Below are positions 37,614 through 47,475 of a stretch of 64,000 bases of DNA, piece by piece. The DNA lies in contig JAFGQU010000013.1 in assembly GCA_016935525.1 (NCBI GenBank), forward strand, positions 90,523 through 154,522. Reading direction: 5' to 3'. Origin of the DNA: Candidatus Omnitrophota bacterium. Lineage in GTDB: Bacteria; Omnitrophota; Gorgyraeia; Duberdicusellales; 4484-171. The notes under the pieces were generated by a model. The model was not told the origin of the DNA and did not search any database. It saw only the letters and a list, made by a program, of their open reading frames with translations. The first letter of the stretch is position 1. Each line of letters starts with the position of its first letter. Made by a program: the position numbers and the translations under genes.

Positions 37614-38483
37614 ATGAAAGATAACCTTTTGAATTGTTTGTTAGATTTAAAATATCGATATGTTTCTATCTTGCGTACAATTTATAATTGGTATAAAAAT
37701 AGGCATTTATCTTATACGGCACTTTCTCTAGATGATGTGAAAAGTAAATACAAGAAATCAGATACTATTTTTATTTTGGGTAGTGCCGAATCGATAAATG
37801 ATATTACGGATGAACAGTGGAGAACCGTTGCTCAGCATGATTCGTTTGGCATCAATAAATGGCCTATGCATGATTTTGCACCTACTTTTTATTATACAAA
37901 TTATCCCCGTAATAAGATCCATTTATATTGTTATTTAAATTCTATAAAAGAGAAAATTGCCCGTTATCATAATACTATATTTTTTGTGAGCTTTAATCGC
38001 GCGGTAAGAAGAGGTATGCATCCCCGCGTTTTTCCTGATTTTTTTTCTAAAAACCCTTTATGTTGTTTTTATGAAGCGGCGCCTCCGATAAAATTGACGG
38101 GTAATAAGATATTTGGTTGTGATTCATTTGAATTGACATTGCATTATCGAGGAGCTCTTTCGTTAATTCTAGATTTGGTTGATAAATTGGGGTACAGAAA
38201 TATTGTATTATTAGGGGTTGACTTGATAAACGCAGTCCATTTTTATGATAGCTATCCCGAAATGCAATGGCAGGTCGAGACCAAATATGCTCAGTCGATT
38301 CAGATAAATAGGAACCGAAAACATGGGACGATGTCGGATAAAAACGGGACCAAGGTGACAATGGATCAATATATATATGCGGTGGACAGATATTATTTTA
38401 AGCCAAAAAATGTGCGTCTCTATGTCGGGTCATCTGCATCTATTCTTGCAGAAAAAATTCCGGTGTATGATTTTAAAAATTGA
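37614..38483 (+). CDS. hypothetical protein, weakly DUF115/Maf-like (possible nonulosonate transferase)
   Basis: IFILGSAESINDI followed later by IVLLGVDL resembles the two glycine-rich Rossmann-like blocks of DUF115 proteins. This is uncertain. Confidence 0.3.
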   Translation: MKDNLLNCLLDLKYRYVSILRTIYNWYKNRHLSYTALSLDDVKSKYKKSDTIFILGSAESINDITDEQWRTVAQHDSFGINKWPMHDFAPTFYYTNYPRNKIHLYCYLNSIKEKIARYHNTIFFVSFNRAVRRGMHPRVFPDFFSKNPLCCFYEAAPPIKLTGNKIFGCDSFELTLHYRGALSLILDLVDKLGYRNIVLLGVDLINAVHFYDSYPEMQWQVETKYAQSIQINRNRKHGTMSDKNGTKVTMDQYIYAVDRYYFKPKNVRLYVGSSASILAEKIPVYDFKN

Positions 38484-38486
38484 AAA

Positions 38487-40241
38487 ATGAAACTCTTTAA
38501 AGGTAAAATTGGGTTTATATTAAAATTATTTGGTGTATATAAGCGGCAAGCTTTATGGCTTTTATTTCTTATTTTGTTCTCTGCGTTTCTTGAAAGTTTC
38601 GGGGTATCACTTATAATGCCTATTTTGCAAACGGGATTACAGGATAAAATAGATGCAAAATTTGAGATTTTTTTAAGACCCATACTCGCATTATCCGGTA
38701 ACAGTTCTCCTCTGGCAGCATTGACTATGTTTTTTCTGTTGGTTATGGCGCTAAAGTTTATTTTAGTATGTATGAGCATCTTTTTTTCTAAAAGATTTGT
38801 CTGGAGGATGCGTTTGGAATGGATTAATAAAATTTTTGAGAAATATATGCATTGTAATTATTCTTTTATTTTGAATGCTAAACAAGGTGAACTTATTAAT
38901 ACATTGATTTCTGAAACCCATCGCGGAGTGATCTGTTGCTCTCAGATGATCGAATTTACTGCTAAGGCGGTATTGGCTATTTTCTTAACCGCTGCGTTAC
39001 TATACGTCGACTGGAAAATAACTTTTCTCTCATTAGGGGCGATAGTTATTTTAATATTTTCAACCCATACTTTATCAAGAAAGTTCGCTCAGAATATCGG
39101 TAGAAAAAGATTGTTATTAGCACAACAATTAGCTGCCTGGGTGGCTGAATCTATTGTCGCGCTTCGTCAGATAAAAACTTTTGGCTTAGAGAATTTTATC
39201 ATTAAGAATCAAAAGAAGGTATCGACTTCTTTAAGTGATGTCAACGTGAGATTTGAGGTAGTAAAGTCTTTGCATGTTCCTTTTGGCGAATTTTTTATGG
39301 CCTTATTGATTGTCGGGATTATTGTTTTTTCTGATTTGCTTTTTCATGTGCCTTTCAAACTTTTAATCCCTGTCTTAGGGGTTTTTGTGGTTGTCGGCGT
39401 GCAATTAACAACATGTATGTCACAATTGGCAGGATTGCGTCTTCAAATAATAGCTCTTATGCCTGCTTTAAGATTATCCTATCATGTCGCTAATGATTTG
39501 GTAAAGGGAGAGGATTTTAAGAGTGGTAATGTTTTTAAAAAAATACAAAACGATATTGCATTTAATGATGTGAGTTTTTCCTATGGCGAAAATGATTCGG
39601 TACGAGTCTTTCGACATTTAAATTTAAATATACCCCAGGGAAAAATGACGGCGATTATCGGGCCTTCGGGAATCGGAAAGTCGACGATCGCCGATCTATT
39701 GCTCAGGCTTTATGATCCCCAGGAAGGCCGAATATCAGTAAATGGTGATGATCTGCGTCACTGGAATCTTCGCGATTGGCGAAGCCGTATCGGTTTTGTC
39801 AGTCAGGATACGTTTATCTTTAATACCAGTATCCGGGAAAATATTGCTTTTGGGAATTTAGGTGTGAATGAGCAAACGATTATTGAGGCTGCCAAGAAAG
39901 CCTATGCGCACGATTTTATTATGCAGTTACCTCAAGGGTACGATACGATCGTCGGGGAACGCGGTTTAAAATTGTCCGGAGGTCAAAGGCAGAGGATAGC
40001 CATTGCGCGAGCAATCGTCCGCGACCCTGATCTGTTTATTTTCGATGAAGCAACCAGTTCCCTTGATCATGAATCGGAACAGATGGTGCAAAAGGCCATA
40101 GAAAATTTAGGACAGGAAAAAACAATGTTAATTATTGCTCATCGTCTGACTACTATAGAAAAAGCGGATGTTGTCTATGATTTAGGAAAAATGACGGATT
40201 CCTGTGCCTTAGCTAGTAATGCTATGAAAAACCGCGTGTAA
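38487..40241 (+). CDS. ABC exporter, fused permease/ATPase (MsbA/PglK-like)
   Basis: Six N-terminal TM helices. Walker A is GPSGIGKST, the signature is LSGGQRQR, Walker B is LFIFDEATSSLD, and the H-loop is IAHRL. Confidence 0.9.
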   Translation: MKLFKGKIGFILKLFGVYKRQALWLLFLILFSAFLESFGVSLIMPILQTGLQDKIDAKFEIFLRPILALSGNSSPLAALTMFFLLVMALKFILVCMSIFFSKRFVWRMRLEWINKIFEKYMHCNYSFILNAKQGELINTLISETHRGVICCSQMIEFTAKAVLAIFLTAALLYVDWKITFLSLGAIVILIFSTHTLSRKFAQNIGRKRLLLAQQLAAWVAESIVALRQIKTFGLENFIIKNQKKVSTSLSDVNVRFEVVKSLHVPFGEFFMALLIVGIIVFSDLLFHVPFKLLIPVLGVFVVVGVQLTTCMSQLAGLRLQIIALMPALRLSYHVANDLVKGEDFKSGNVFKKIQNDIAFNDVSFSYGENDSVRVFRHLNLNIPQGKMTAIIGPSGIGKSTIADLLLRLYDPQEGRISVNGDDLRHWNLRDWRSRIGFVSQDTFIFNTSIRENIAFGNLGVNEQTIIEAAKKAYAHDFIMQLPQGYDTIVGERGLKLSGGQRQRIAIARAIVRDPDLFIFDEATSSLDHESEQMVQKAIENLGQEKTMLIIAHRLTTIEKADVVYDLGKMTDSCALASNAMKNRV

Positions 40242-40247
40242 TCAATT

Positions 40248-41162
40248 ATGATCAAAAAGACTCTTAAAAAAATAATAAAAAAAATTAAATTCAGCAAGAA
40301 CCGTCCTGATCTTCTTTTCCTGGAACCGACCAATCTGTGTAATTTAAACTGTCCTTTTTGTCTGGTCAATGTGGATAAGACCTACAAAACAACTGCTCAT
40401 GATCAGATGCGGCGGCCTTTCGGCTATATGGACCTTGTATTATTCGACAAAATACTGGATGACGCCAGAGATTTTGGTATAAAAACTATCTACTTGGAAT
40501 TTTGGGGAGAATCTTTTCTCCATCCACAGATAGGAAAGATGTTAGAAAAGACCAGCCGGATGAAATTTAAAACTTCTATTTTTACCAACGGATTACTTCT
40601 CGATTCCCGCCGTATGGGGTCTATTCCCGATAACGTCGATAGAATCATTATTTCAATCGATGGTGCTAGTGCCGAAACATACGAGCAAAACCGTATCGGG
40701 GGTAATTTCGATCGGGTATGGCATAATATGGTGACTTTAAACCAAATGTGTGTCGGGACTAAAACGAACGTTATATGGCAGTTTGTCGTAATGAGGAATA
40801 ATGAATATGAGATAGAACGTGCCCGGCAGCTGGCGAAAGAACATAATCTGCAACTGAGACTAAAAACCTTTAACCCCAGTGTTGCCGAACGGGTCACTTC
40901 GTTAAAGCAGTATGCCCGAAAAAAGCCCTTAAAACCGTGTACTTCGATTTACCGTCAGTTTGCCGTGTTGTGGAATGGAGATATCGTGCCATGTTGTCAG
41001 GATCCTGACGGGAGAAATGTGTTGGGAAATATAAAAGAATCTTCTTTTGGAGAAATTTGGAATAGTGAGAAATATCGTATTTTTCGCCAAAAAGTAAAAC
41101 GAGCCGTCATCTGTCCGGAAGAAGAACCTTTGATCTGTAAAACGTGTTCGGCGTATCAATGA
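40248..41162 (+). CDS. radical SAM protein with partial SPASM domain (paralog 3)
   Basis: CNLNCPFC, and at the C-terminus VLWNGDIVPCCQDPDG ... CKTCSAY. It is clearly paralogous to 45613-46554 (RPFGYMDL against RPFGKMDL, and NRIGGNFD against NRVGGDFP). Confidence 0.8.
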   Translation: MIKKTLKKIIKKIKFSKNRPDLLFLEPTNLCNLNCPFCLVNVDKTYKTTAHDQMRRPFGYMDLVLFDKILDDARDFGIKTIYLEFWGESFLHPQIGKMLEKTSRMKFKTSIFTNGLLLDSRRMGSIPDNVDRIIISIDGASAETYEQNRIGGNFDRVWHNMVTLNQMCVGTKTNVIWQFVVMRNNEYEIERARQLAKEHNLQLRLKTFNPSVAERVTSLKQYARKKPLKPCTSIYRQFAVLWNGDIVPCCQDPDGRNVLGNIKESSFGEIWNSEKYRIFRQKVKRAVICPEEEPLICKTCSAYQ

Positions 41163-41941
41163 GCAATCAAAAAATAATTCCTACAATCAATAGCCAGCAA
41201 TCTATGGAAAATTTCATCCGTGATGATTCTCCTTTACGGGAGATCGTTAAAAGTATCACTACGGAACAGTTACAGGATTTGGGCGCAAGTTTGAAGATAT
41301 TGGAGGTAGGATGTGGAAACCGTACTTTTATTAAACAACTTGTCGAACAGCGACAAAGCCAATGGTTTGGATTAGATCTTAAGAAAAATTCGGCCGCTAC
41401 TCATAAGGGATCTGTCAGTAAGATCCCTTTTCCCGACGGTTTTTTTGACAGGGTAATCGCAAGTCAATCTATAGAGCATTGGTATGAATATGCTACTACA
41501 TTTAATGAGGGGCTACATGAGATCTACCGGGTTTTAAAACGTGATGGGGAGTTTATTCTGAATTATCCTCTGTATCTTCACGGTCATCCGTTTTTTATGT
41601 TGGGAAAAACGGATAGGATCCATGCGTTATTTTCACCCGAAGTTTGGAAAATAGAAGATATCCGGATACATCATCCAGCACAGCCTTTCTATTGTTGGCA
41701 GGGTAGACGTTTGAGATTGTATGACCAATGGTTCATGACCCGACTTGTTAAAAGACAGCATAAGAGTGCGTATATTGAGCAGATTGTCCTCTGTAAGAAT
41801 AAGCAAGATATTCCCCGTCGTAGCAGTATGAGTCATATTTTACGTGGTATCGAAAAATTGGGATACACTGTTTTATATCTCATGAGAGGAGTTACAGAAA
41901 AGGTTGCTCTTTACATAATCAGAACGAAAGGGAACATATGA
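41159..41941 (+). CDS. class I SAM-dependent methyltransferase
   Basis: ILEVGCGNRTF is motif I. ASQSIEHW and LKRDGEFIL are the later motifs. The start overlaps the radical SAM stop as ATGA. Confidence 0.7.
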   Translation: MSNQKIIPTINSQQSMENFIRDDSPLREIVKSITTEQLQDLGASLKILEVGCGNRTFIKQLVEQRQSQWFGLDLKKNSAATHKGSVSKIPFPDGFFDRVIASQSIEHWYEYATTFNEGLHEIYRVLKRDGEFILNYPLYLHGHPFFMLGKTDRIHALFSPEVWKIEDIRIHHPAQPFYCWQGRRLRLYDQWFMTRLVKRQHKSAYIEQIVLCKNKQDIPRRSSMSHILRGIEKLGYTVLYLMRGVTEKVALYIIRTKGNI

Positions 41942-42780
41942 AACGATTTTTTCTCATAGGATTTCAGCGAAGCGGGACTACGCTTCTGGATTATCTTTTA
42001 AACGCTCATCCCGAGGTGGTTTCGATATGTGAGTGGGAGCTGATTCCTATGATTTATTCGGGAAGCTTGCATCGTTTGCATGATACGGATTTTGATTCTT
42101 TCGTGAAAGTAAAGAAAAATCATAATGTCGATGTCGAGGACTATTTACGATTGTTAGATACTTACCGGGCTAAAAAGATATCTACCCATCAGTTTATAGA
42201 GCAGGCTTGTGATTTGTGTGTCCATGACGATAAGATAAAAGTGGTGGGAGCAAAAGAAGCAATCCCTTTGTCCCGAAGGAAATTCCGATTCATGAAAAAA
42301 CTGTATAGAGATTTTGGGAAATGTACTGATATTGTTTTTATTGAAAGAGATATCAAGGGAATAGTGAATTCTTACATGAAACTTGGTTTTTTACCGGTAG
42401 GGAACAGGAAAATAAGTGAGAAAAATATCAAATCTTTTGTAAAACATTATGTCAAATATATGAATCATATCGATAAAATCCTTTCTCTGTTTCCGCGGAC
42501 GATATATGTGCGGTACCGGGATTTGATGGATGTTCCTCAGAACACTTTGAAGATGATTTTTGAATTTTTAGGAGTTGCTTCAGATGACAGCACTCTCGAT
42601 GCAATCATTAAGACTCCGTGTCGTACCAGCCGGGTCAATTTCGAAGGGATTGTCTCTGAACGTAAAGAAGGTTGGCGTGTGCGCCTGTCTTCGGATATGG
42701 CCGGGTTTATAGATGTTTACTACAAAAAAAATCGCAAGTTTTTTTGTGAAAAAACACAGGATGTATATGCCGCTACCTGA
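41938..42780 (+). CDS. sulfotransferase-family protein
   Basis: FFLIGFQRSGTTLLDYLLNAHP is the 5'-PSB P-loop-like motif. Confidence 0.8.
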   Translation: MKRFFLIGFQRSGTTLLDYLLNAHPEVVSICEWELIPMIYSGSLHRLHDTDFDSFVKVKKNHNVDVEDYLRLLDTYRAKKISTHQFIEQACDLCVHDDKIKVVGAKEAIPLSRRKFRFMKKLYRDFGKCTDIVFIERDIKGIVNSYMKLGFLPVGNRKISEKNIKSFVKHYVKYMNHIDKILSLFPRTIYVRYRDLMDVPQNTLKMIFEFLGVASDDSTLDAIIKTPCRTSRVNFEGIVSERKEGWRVRLSSDMAGFIDVYYKKNRKFFCEKTQDVYAAT

Positions 42781-43702
42781 AGCAGGACAGATAGTATTAG
42801 AGTCAGTCAATTGTGATCTGTGTACAGGGAATAATACTAAATTATTGTATCGTCGTCCCGATCTACGGATGCGTCTCTATCAGCCGGAATATTCTGTTAT
42901 TGAATGTATTAACTGTGGACACCGTTTTGTATCTCCCCGTCCGACAAAAGAAAGCACCCGGTTTCTATATCCTGAGACCTATTATACTAATCGGGGATCA
43001 AGTGATCCTCGTCAGCACCGACGATATATAAAACAAATGTCTTATCTGCCACAAATTAAAAACGGCAAGATCCTTGATATCGGTTGCGCCGGGGGTGCTT
43101 GGTTGCAGATTGTAAAACAGAACGGATGGGAATGTTATGGAGTTGATTTTGTCGAATCCGGTCAAAATCAGGAGAATATCGAGATCCGGTACGGATATCT
43201 GCCTGAACTGTCCTATCCCGAAGAATATTTTGATGTGATCACCGCGTGGGGAGTGCTTGAACATGTCCACGAACCTTCCAGATATTTTGAGACTGTTTTT
43301 CGGCTCTTAAAGAAAAAAGGGGCATTTATTTTTATGGTTCCTAACGGAGACAGCTTATGGTCACGTTGGGCATATAAAGAAGATACTCCGAGACATCTGC
43401 ACTCCTTTCGGCCGTCTACTCTGAAAAAATATGCTCAAAAGTATGGATATTATTTTAAAAAAATCGATTTTACCAACGACGTGTACTCTCATCCTTCAAG
43501 TGGAAGGGGGATGATAAAGAGGCAGTTGTTACGGAAGTTCGGTATCCCTTGGAGTGAGATCATAGAACCGTCTCACCGGTTCACAATTAAAGCCCTTGGG
43601 AAAGCCGCCGGATTGTTAGACCATTGCTTGATCCATCCTAAAATAGAAAAGTTATTTCATGTTTCGGGTACTATAGTGGTTATTTTAACCAAAGAGATAT
43701 AA
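42761..43702 (+). CDS. class I SAM-dependent methyltransferase with N-terminal Cys4 zinc ribbon
   Basis: CDLCTG ... CINCGH is an N-terminal zinc ribbon. ILDIGCAGGAWLQ is motif I. It is a paralog of 33769-34731. Confidence 0.7.
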   Translation: MYMPLPEAGQIVLESVNCDLCTGNNTKLLYRRPDLRMRLYQPEYSVIECINCGHRFVSPRPTKESTRFLYPETYYTNRGSSDPRQHRRYIKQMSYLPQIKNGKILDIGCAGGAWLQIVKQNGWECYGVDFVESGQNQENIEIRYGYLPELSYPEEYFDVITAWGVLEHVHEPSRYFETVFRLLKKKGAFIFMVPNGDSLWSRWAYKEDTPRHLHSFRPSTLKKYAQKYGYYFKKIDFTNDVYSHPSSGRGMIKRQLLRKFGIPWSEIIEPSHRFTIKALGKAAGLLDHCLIHPKIEKLFHVSGTIVVILTKEI

Positions 43703-43718
43703 AAACAGGAGGAAAGTC

Positions 43719-44756
43719 ATGAAAAAATTGTTAAACATTATCAGGGTTTTTAAAGCACGAGGTATTTCAAAAAGTGTCACGGCCGCGGTTAATTGGCTTT
43801 TTATGCTTTTTCATAGAAATGTGTTAGGGCGGAAACACCTGGTAAGAAGGATTTATACCTATAAGATGAAACTTCCTATCGATCAAGAGGGGATACAGGG
43901 GATATCAAAAGCACTCGTTATGTATGGGACCCGGGAAGAAGACCAATTGCGTATTGTGAAAGAAGAGCTTAAAGAAGGGATGCGAGTGCTAGATATAGGA
44001 GCTAATATCGGTTACTATTCTTTATTGTTGGCTTCAATTGTCGGGCCTACAGGAAAAGTATACTCTATAGAACCTTCCAGCCAGAATTTTCGGTTATTAA
44101 AAGAAAATATCGCGCTTAATCACGCGGAAAATATCGTTGACGTTTTTCATATGGGTGTTTCTGATAAAGTTTCTTCGGAAAACCTGTATCTTTCAATACA
44201 TTCAAACAGCCATAGTTTTTTTAGAGGCACATTGCATTCAAAAAAGACCGAAAAAGGAGAAGGTGAAACCGAACCGGTCGAGATGACCGATGTGGATAGT
44301 TTTGTCAAAGGTAAAGAACCTATACATTTTATCCGGATGGATGTCGAAGGCTTTGAGGTGAAAGTATTTCAGGGGATGAAGAGTTTTATTGAAAATAGTA
44401 GTAATGAGATCAAGATTCTTTTTGAGGTACATCGATCTCGTTATGATGAAAAAGATTTCAATATGCGTGAACAGCTCACCCGTCTTTTTAAATTGGGATT
44501 CGTACCGAAAACTCTTATTGCAAAACCACTTCTAAAAAGCAAACCATATGGGATATATCCTTTTTCAGAAAGGGGGTATTCTCCTGATTTTTTAATACCT
44601 ACCGATGGATTCCAGCGCGGGTATTATACGAATATCTCTCAGAATGATGTGCTTGATTATGTTTGTTCTCTTGGTTGCGTGCGCGCATTGTTGCTTGTTC
44701 GGATGCCGCAGGCGGCTACACAAAGAGAAACTTCGTATTCCCGTTTATCTGAATGA
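43719..44756 (+). CDS. FkbM-family methyltransferase
   Basis: VLDIGANIGYYSLLLA and the downstream IRMDVEGFE match the FkbM family. Confidence 0.75.
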   Translation: MKKLLNIIRVFKARGISKSVTAAVNWLFMLFHRNVLGRKHLVRRIYTYKMKLPIDQEGIQGISKALVMYGTREEDQLRIVKEELKEGMRVLDIGANIGYYSLLLASIVGPTGKVYSIEPSSQNFRLLKENIALNHAENIVDVFHMGVSDKVSSENLYLSIHSNSHSFFRGTLHSKKTEKGEGETEPVEMTDVDSFVKGKEPIHFIRMDVEGFEVKVFQGMKSFIENSSNEIKILFEVHRSRYDEKDFNMREQLTRLFKLGFVPKTLIAKPLLKSKPYGIYPFSERGYSPDFLIPTDGFQRGYYTNISQNDVLDYVCSLGCVRALLLVRMPQAATQRETSYSRLSE

Positions 44757-44772
44757 TTTGTCTGGAGATAGT

Positions 44773-45549
44773 ATGACTACAAAAAATATAAATATTGTGA
44801 AACAGAATGATTCGCCCAAAATCTTTAACCGATACCAGTATGAAGGTGCGTATCATTGGGGGGAGGCTTCTCGAAACATACGCAAAATGAACGCGTACTT
44901 ACATGCCCGTTATCAAATCGTACTGCAGTATATCAAACGATATCCCTATAAAAGAAAACTGAAAATTCTTGATGTCGGATGCGGGGATGGGGCTTTGACC
45001 GGGTTAATCAACCGGCAAGGGCATCCGGTGTGGGGGATTGATGTTGATAAAGAAGGAATACGGCTTGCTAAAGAACAATTCGGTATCCATGGGCTTGAAG
45101 GGGTGTTTTCCGCAATCGAAGGATCAGAATATCCTTTCGGTGACGGCGAGTTTGATATCGTTATATGTGCCGATGTGATCGAACATGTGAAAGAGCCCGG
45201 GGCTGTCCTTACAGAGATAAGACGGGTTCTTAGTCCCGGCGGATGGGCGATCATTACGACTCCCATAGCCGTAAGTGATATGCCGCTTGGAGCATATCAT
45301 GTCCAGGAGTGGACGCCGCAAACTTTTGAGAAGTTTTGTTTAGGAGTTTTTGACAAGATCATCGATAAGAAAAAAACGCACCCGTTGTTGCTCTATTATC
45401 TCTATACTGCAAAAAATAGATATATACATAAATCAGCAAGATTGATTATTAATTGTTTAGTCCGTTTAGGGTTTAATCTTTTTCTTTTGCGAGCTCCTAA
45501 AGGATTGTTGAAAGCACATATGCAGACGGTCGTGTTAGGTAAATCGTAG
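44773..45549 (+). CDS. class I SAM-dependent methyltransferase
   Basis: ILDVGCGDGALTGLI is motif I. DIVICADVIEHV and LSPGGWAIITTP follow. Start chosen at ATG 44773, after the FkbM stop. Confidence 0.7.
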   Translation: MTTKNINIVKQNDSPKIFNRYQYEGAYHWGEASRNIRKMNAYLHARYQIVLQYIKRYPYKRKLKILDVGCGDGALTGLINRQGHPVWGIDVDKEGIRLAKEQFGIHGLEGVFSAIEGSEYPFGDGEFDIVICADVIEHVKEPGAVLTEIRRVLSPGGWAIITTPIAVSDMPLGAYHVQEWTPQTFEKFCLGVFDKIIDKKKTHPLLLYYLYTAKNRYIHKSARLIINCLVRLGFNLFLLRAPKGLLKAHMQTVVLGKS

Positions 45550-45612
45550 GATCGGATGTTTTAATGAACGAGTTTGTCTTAATCCCGTTTAGGCAAAAGG
45601 AGTGTATATCCC

Positions 45613-46554
45613 ATGCGTAGTTTTTTTTCAAAACTGTATGGATATTTTAAAAGGATTTGTAAAAAAGCACGAATGCGGCCTGACCGGGTAGTGATCGAAC
45701 TTACCAATTATTGCAATTTAAACTGCCCCTATTGTCTCGCGGGAATGCAGGAAGACCAGCAATCAGTGGCGCATTCGGATCTGGACCGTCCGTTTGGGAA
45801 GATGGATCTATCTCTTGCGGAAAAAATAATAACAGATGCGAATCGGTTCGGCATTAAAGAAGTCATGTTGACTTTCCAGGGCGAACCGTTGCTTCATGAA
45901 AACTTTGTCGATATTATCCGGTTTGTGAAAAAAACAGGGATGAAAGCGGTAGTCTTTACAAACGGGATGCTGCTTACTCCTGTTCTTGCGAAAGATATTA
46001 TTGAAGCGGGATTGGATTCGATCCGTTTTTCTATTGACGGTGCATCATCTCAGACCTATGAATCCAACCGTGTCGGAGGAGATTTCCCTACGGTATTTAA
46101 TAACCTTACACAGATGGCTTGGATCGCGCGAGAATTGAGGAGCCCGATTGATATCACCTGGCAGTTTATCGCTCTTAAGAACAATGAACATGAGATCTCT
46201 CAGGCAAGAAAAATAGCCAAAGATATCGGCGTTACGTTTATTGTGAAAACCTTTGCCGAAAGTGTCCCGGAATTGACTCCCCGTGATCCAAAATATCGGC
46301 GTATGCTTCAAAAAAAACCGTGTATTGATATTTATCGGATGATCTGCGTCTATTGGAACGGAGATGTTGTCCCGTGTTGTTATGATATGGCAGGTAAAGA
46401 AGTGATGGGGAATATAAGGGGTCAATCGTTTTATGATATGTGGATAAGCCCCCGTTATAAAGATTTCCGGAAACGTGTCCATAATGCGCCGAGATTCCCT
46501 TCGGATGAACCAGACTTGTGTAAGACTTGTTTGAAATGGGCTCCGGTAGAATAA
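45613..46554 (+). CDS. radical SAM protein with partial SPASM domain (paralog 4)
   Basis: CNLNCPYC, and at the C-terminus VYWNGDVVPCCYDMAG ... CKTC. Confidence 0.8.
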   Translation: MRSFFSKLYGYFKRICKKARMRPDRVVIELTNYCNLNCPYCLAGMQEDQQSVAHSDLDRPFGKMDLSLAEKIITDANRFGIKEVMLTFQGEPLLHENFVDIIRFVKKTGMKAVVFTNGMLLTPVLAKDIIEAGLDSIRFSIDGASSQTYESNRVGGDFPTVFNNLTQMAWIARELRSPIDITWQFIALKNNEHEISQARKIAKDIGVTFIVKTFAESVPELTPRDPKYRRMLQKKPCIDIYRMICVYWNGDVVPCCYDMAGKEVMGNIRGQSFYDMWISPRYKDFRKRVHNAPRFPSDEPDLCKTCLKWAPVE

Positions 46555-46558
46555 GCAT

Positions 46559-47458
46559 ATGAAAAGTTTTATGCCAAAAAAAGGTATTTATATCTCGATC
46601 CGTCCTCATTCTCATGCCCACGGCGGCGGCGCAAACACCTTTGCCTGGAATTTCGTAAATTATCTCATTAAAAAAGATATTCCTATTAATTGGAATCTGC
46701 TTACCGCAGAAAAAGCATTGATCATCGCCGATAAAGTAAATACCTTTTTATTGCGGATAGCAAAAAAAACCGGATGTCATATCGTCCATCGTCTTGATGA
46801 ACATATTACTCCCGATGAGTCTATCCAGCGCAAGAGAAAACACGCTCGGATATTCAGGGTCAATCGGCTAACCGATATTACTGTGTTTCAGAGTGAATTT
46901 GTTAAGAATAATGTCCTTCCGTATTTAAATCCTTCTCGACATGAAGTTATCATTAATGGTGGCGATCCGGATATCTTTTATGACCGAAAAAGCGACGACC
47001 GCCGGTTTGTAGGGCATGTTACCAACTCTGTCGGTGACAAAAAACGGCTTGATCTGCTTGAAAAAGCGATTATCACTTACCCCAAAGAGCAGTTTTTGTT
47101 AGTTGGCAATCATGCAAAATCCGTAATCCCGTTTAGTAAATATGAAAATGTCACGATTGCAGGGCCGTTCCCCCGGCAGCAACTTGCGCTTTATTATCAA
47201 CAGATGAAGTGCCTTTATTTTCCTTCTGAAAACGACCCTTGTCCGAATACAGTTGTGGAGGCTATCCTTTCCGGTGTTCCGGTCTGTTATAATCTTTTAG
47301 GAGGCACGGTAGAGGTTGTACGCGATTGCGGGCTTTCTCTTGAGCAATTTGATGTTCTTTTAGGTCAGACTGCCGAATTCAGGCAACGATGCCGGTTGCG
47401 AAAAGATCTTTATTTCGATGCCGTGGCTGAACGGTATGTATCCTTATTGTCAGGATAA
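46559..47458 (+). CDS. small GT-B (GT1/GT4-like) glycosyltransferase
   Basis: C-terminal EX7E-like region FPSENDPCPNTVVEAILSGVPV. Confidence 0.55.
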   Translation: MKSFMPKKGIYISIRPHSHAHGGGANTFAWNFVNYLIKKDIPINWNLLTAEKALIIADKVNTFLLRIAKKTGCHIVHRLDEHITPDESIQRKRKHARIFRVNRLTDITVFQSEFVKNNVLPYLNPSRHEVIINGGDPDIFYDRKSDDRRFVGHVTNSVGDKKRLDLLEKAIITYPKEQFLLVGNHAKSVIPFSKYENVTIAGPFPRQQLALYYQQMKCLYFPSENDPCPNTVVEAILSGVPVCYNLLGGTVEVVRDCGLSLEQFDVLLGQTAEFRQRCRLRKDLYFDAVAERYVSLLSG

Positions 47459-47475
47459 CAAGAAGGAGTATTTTT

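Noticed and set aside
29056-46554. Reading the radical SAM/SPASM-like genes plus the ABC exporter as a RiPP (peptide natural product) cluster
   Set aside because: I found no short precursor-peptide ORF with a leader or core nearby. The ABC exporter lacks an N-terminal C39 peptidase domain. Every surrounding gene is carbohydrate-related. I therefore favour a glycan substrate, although only a search for unannotated small ORFs could settle it.
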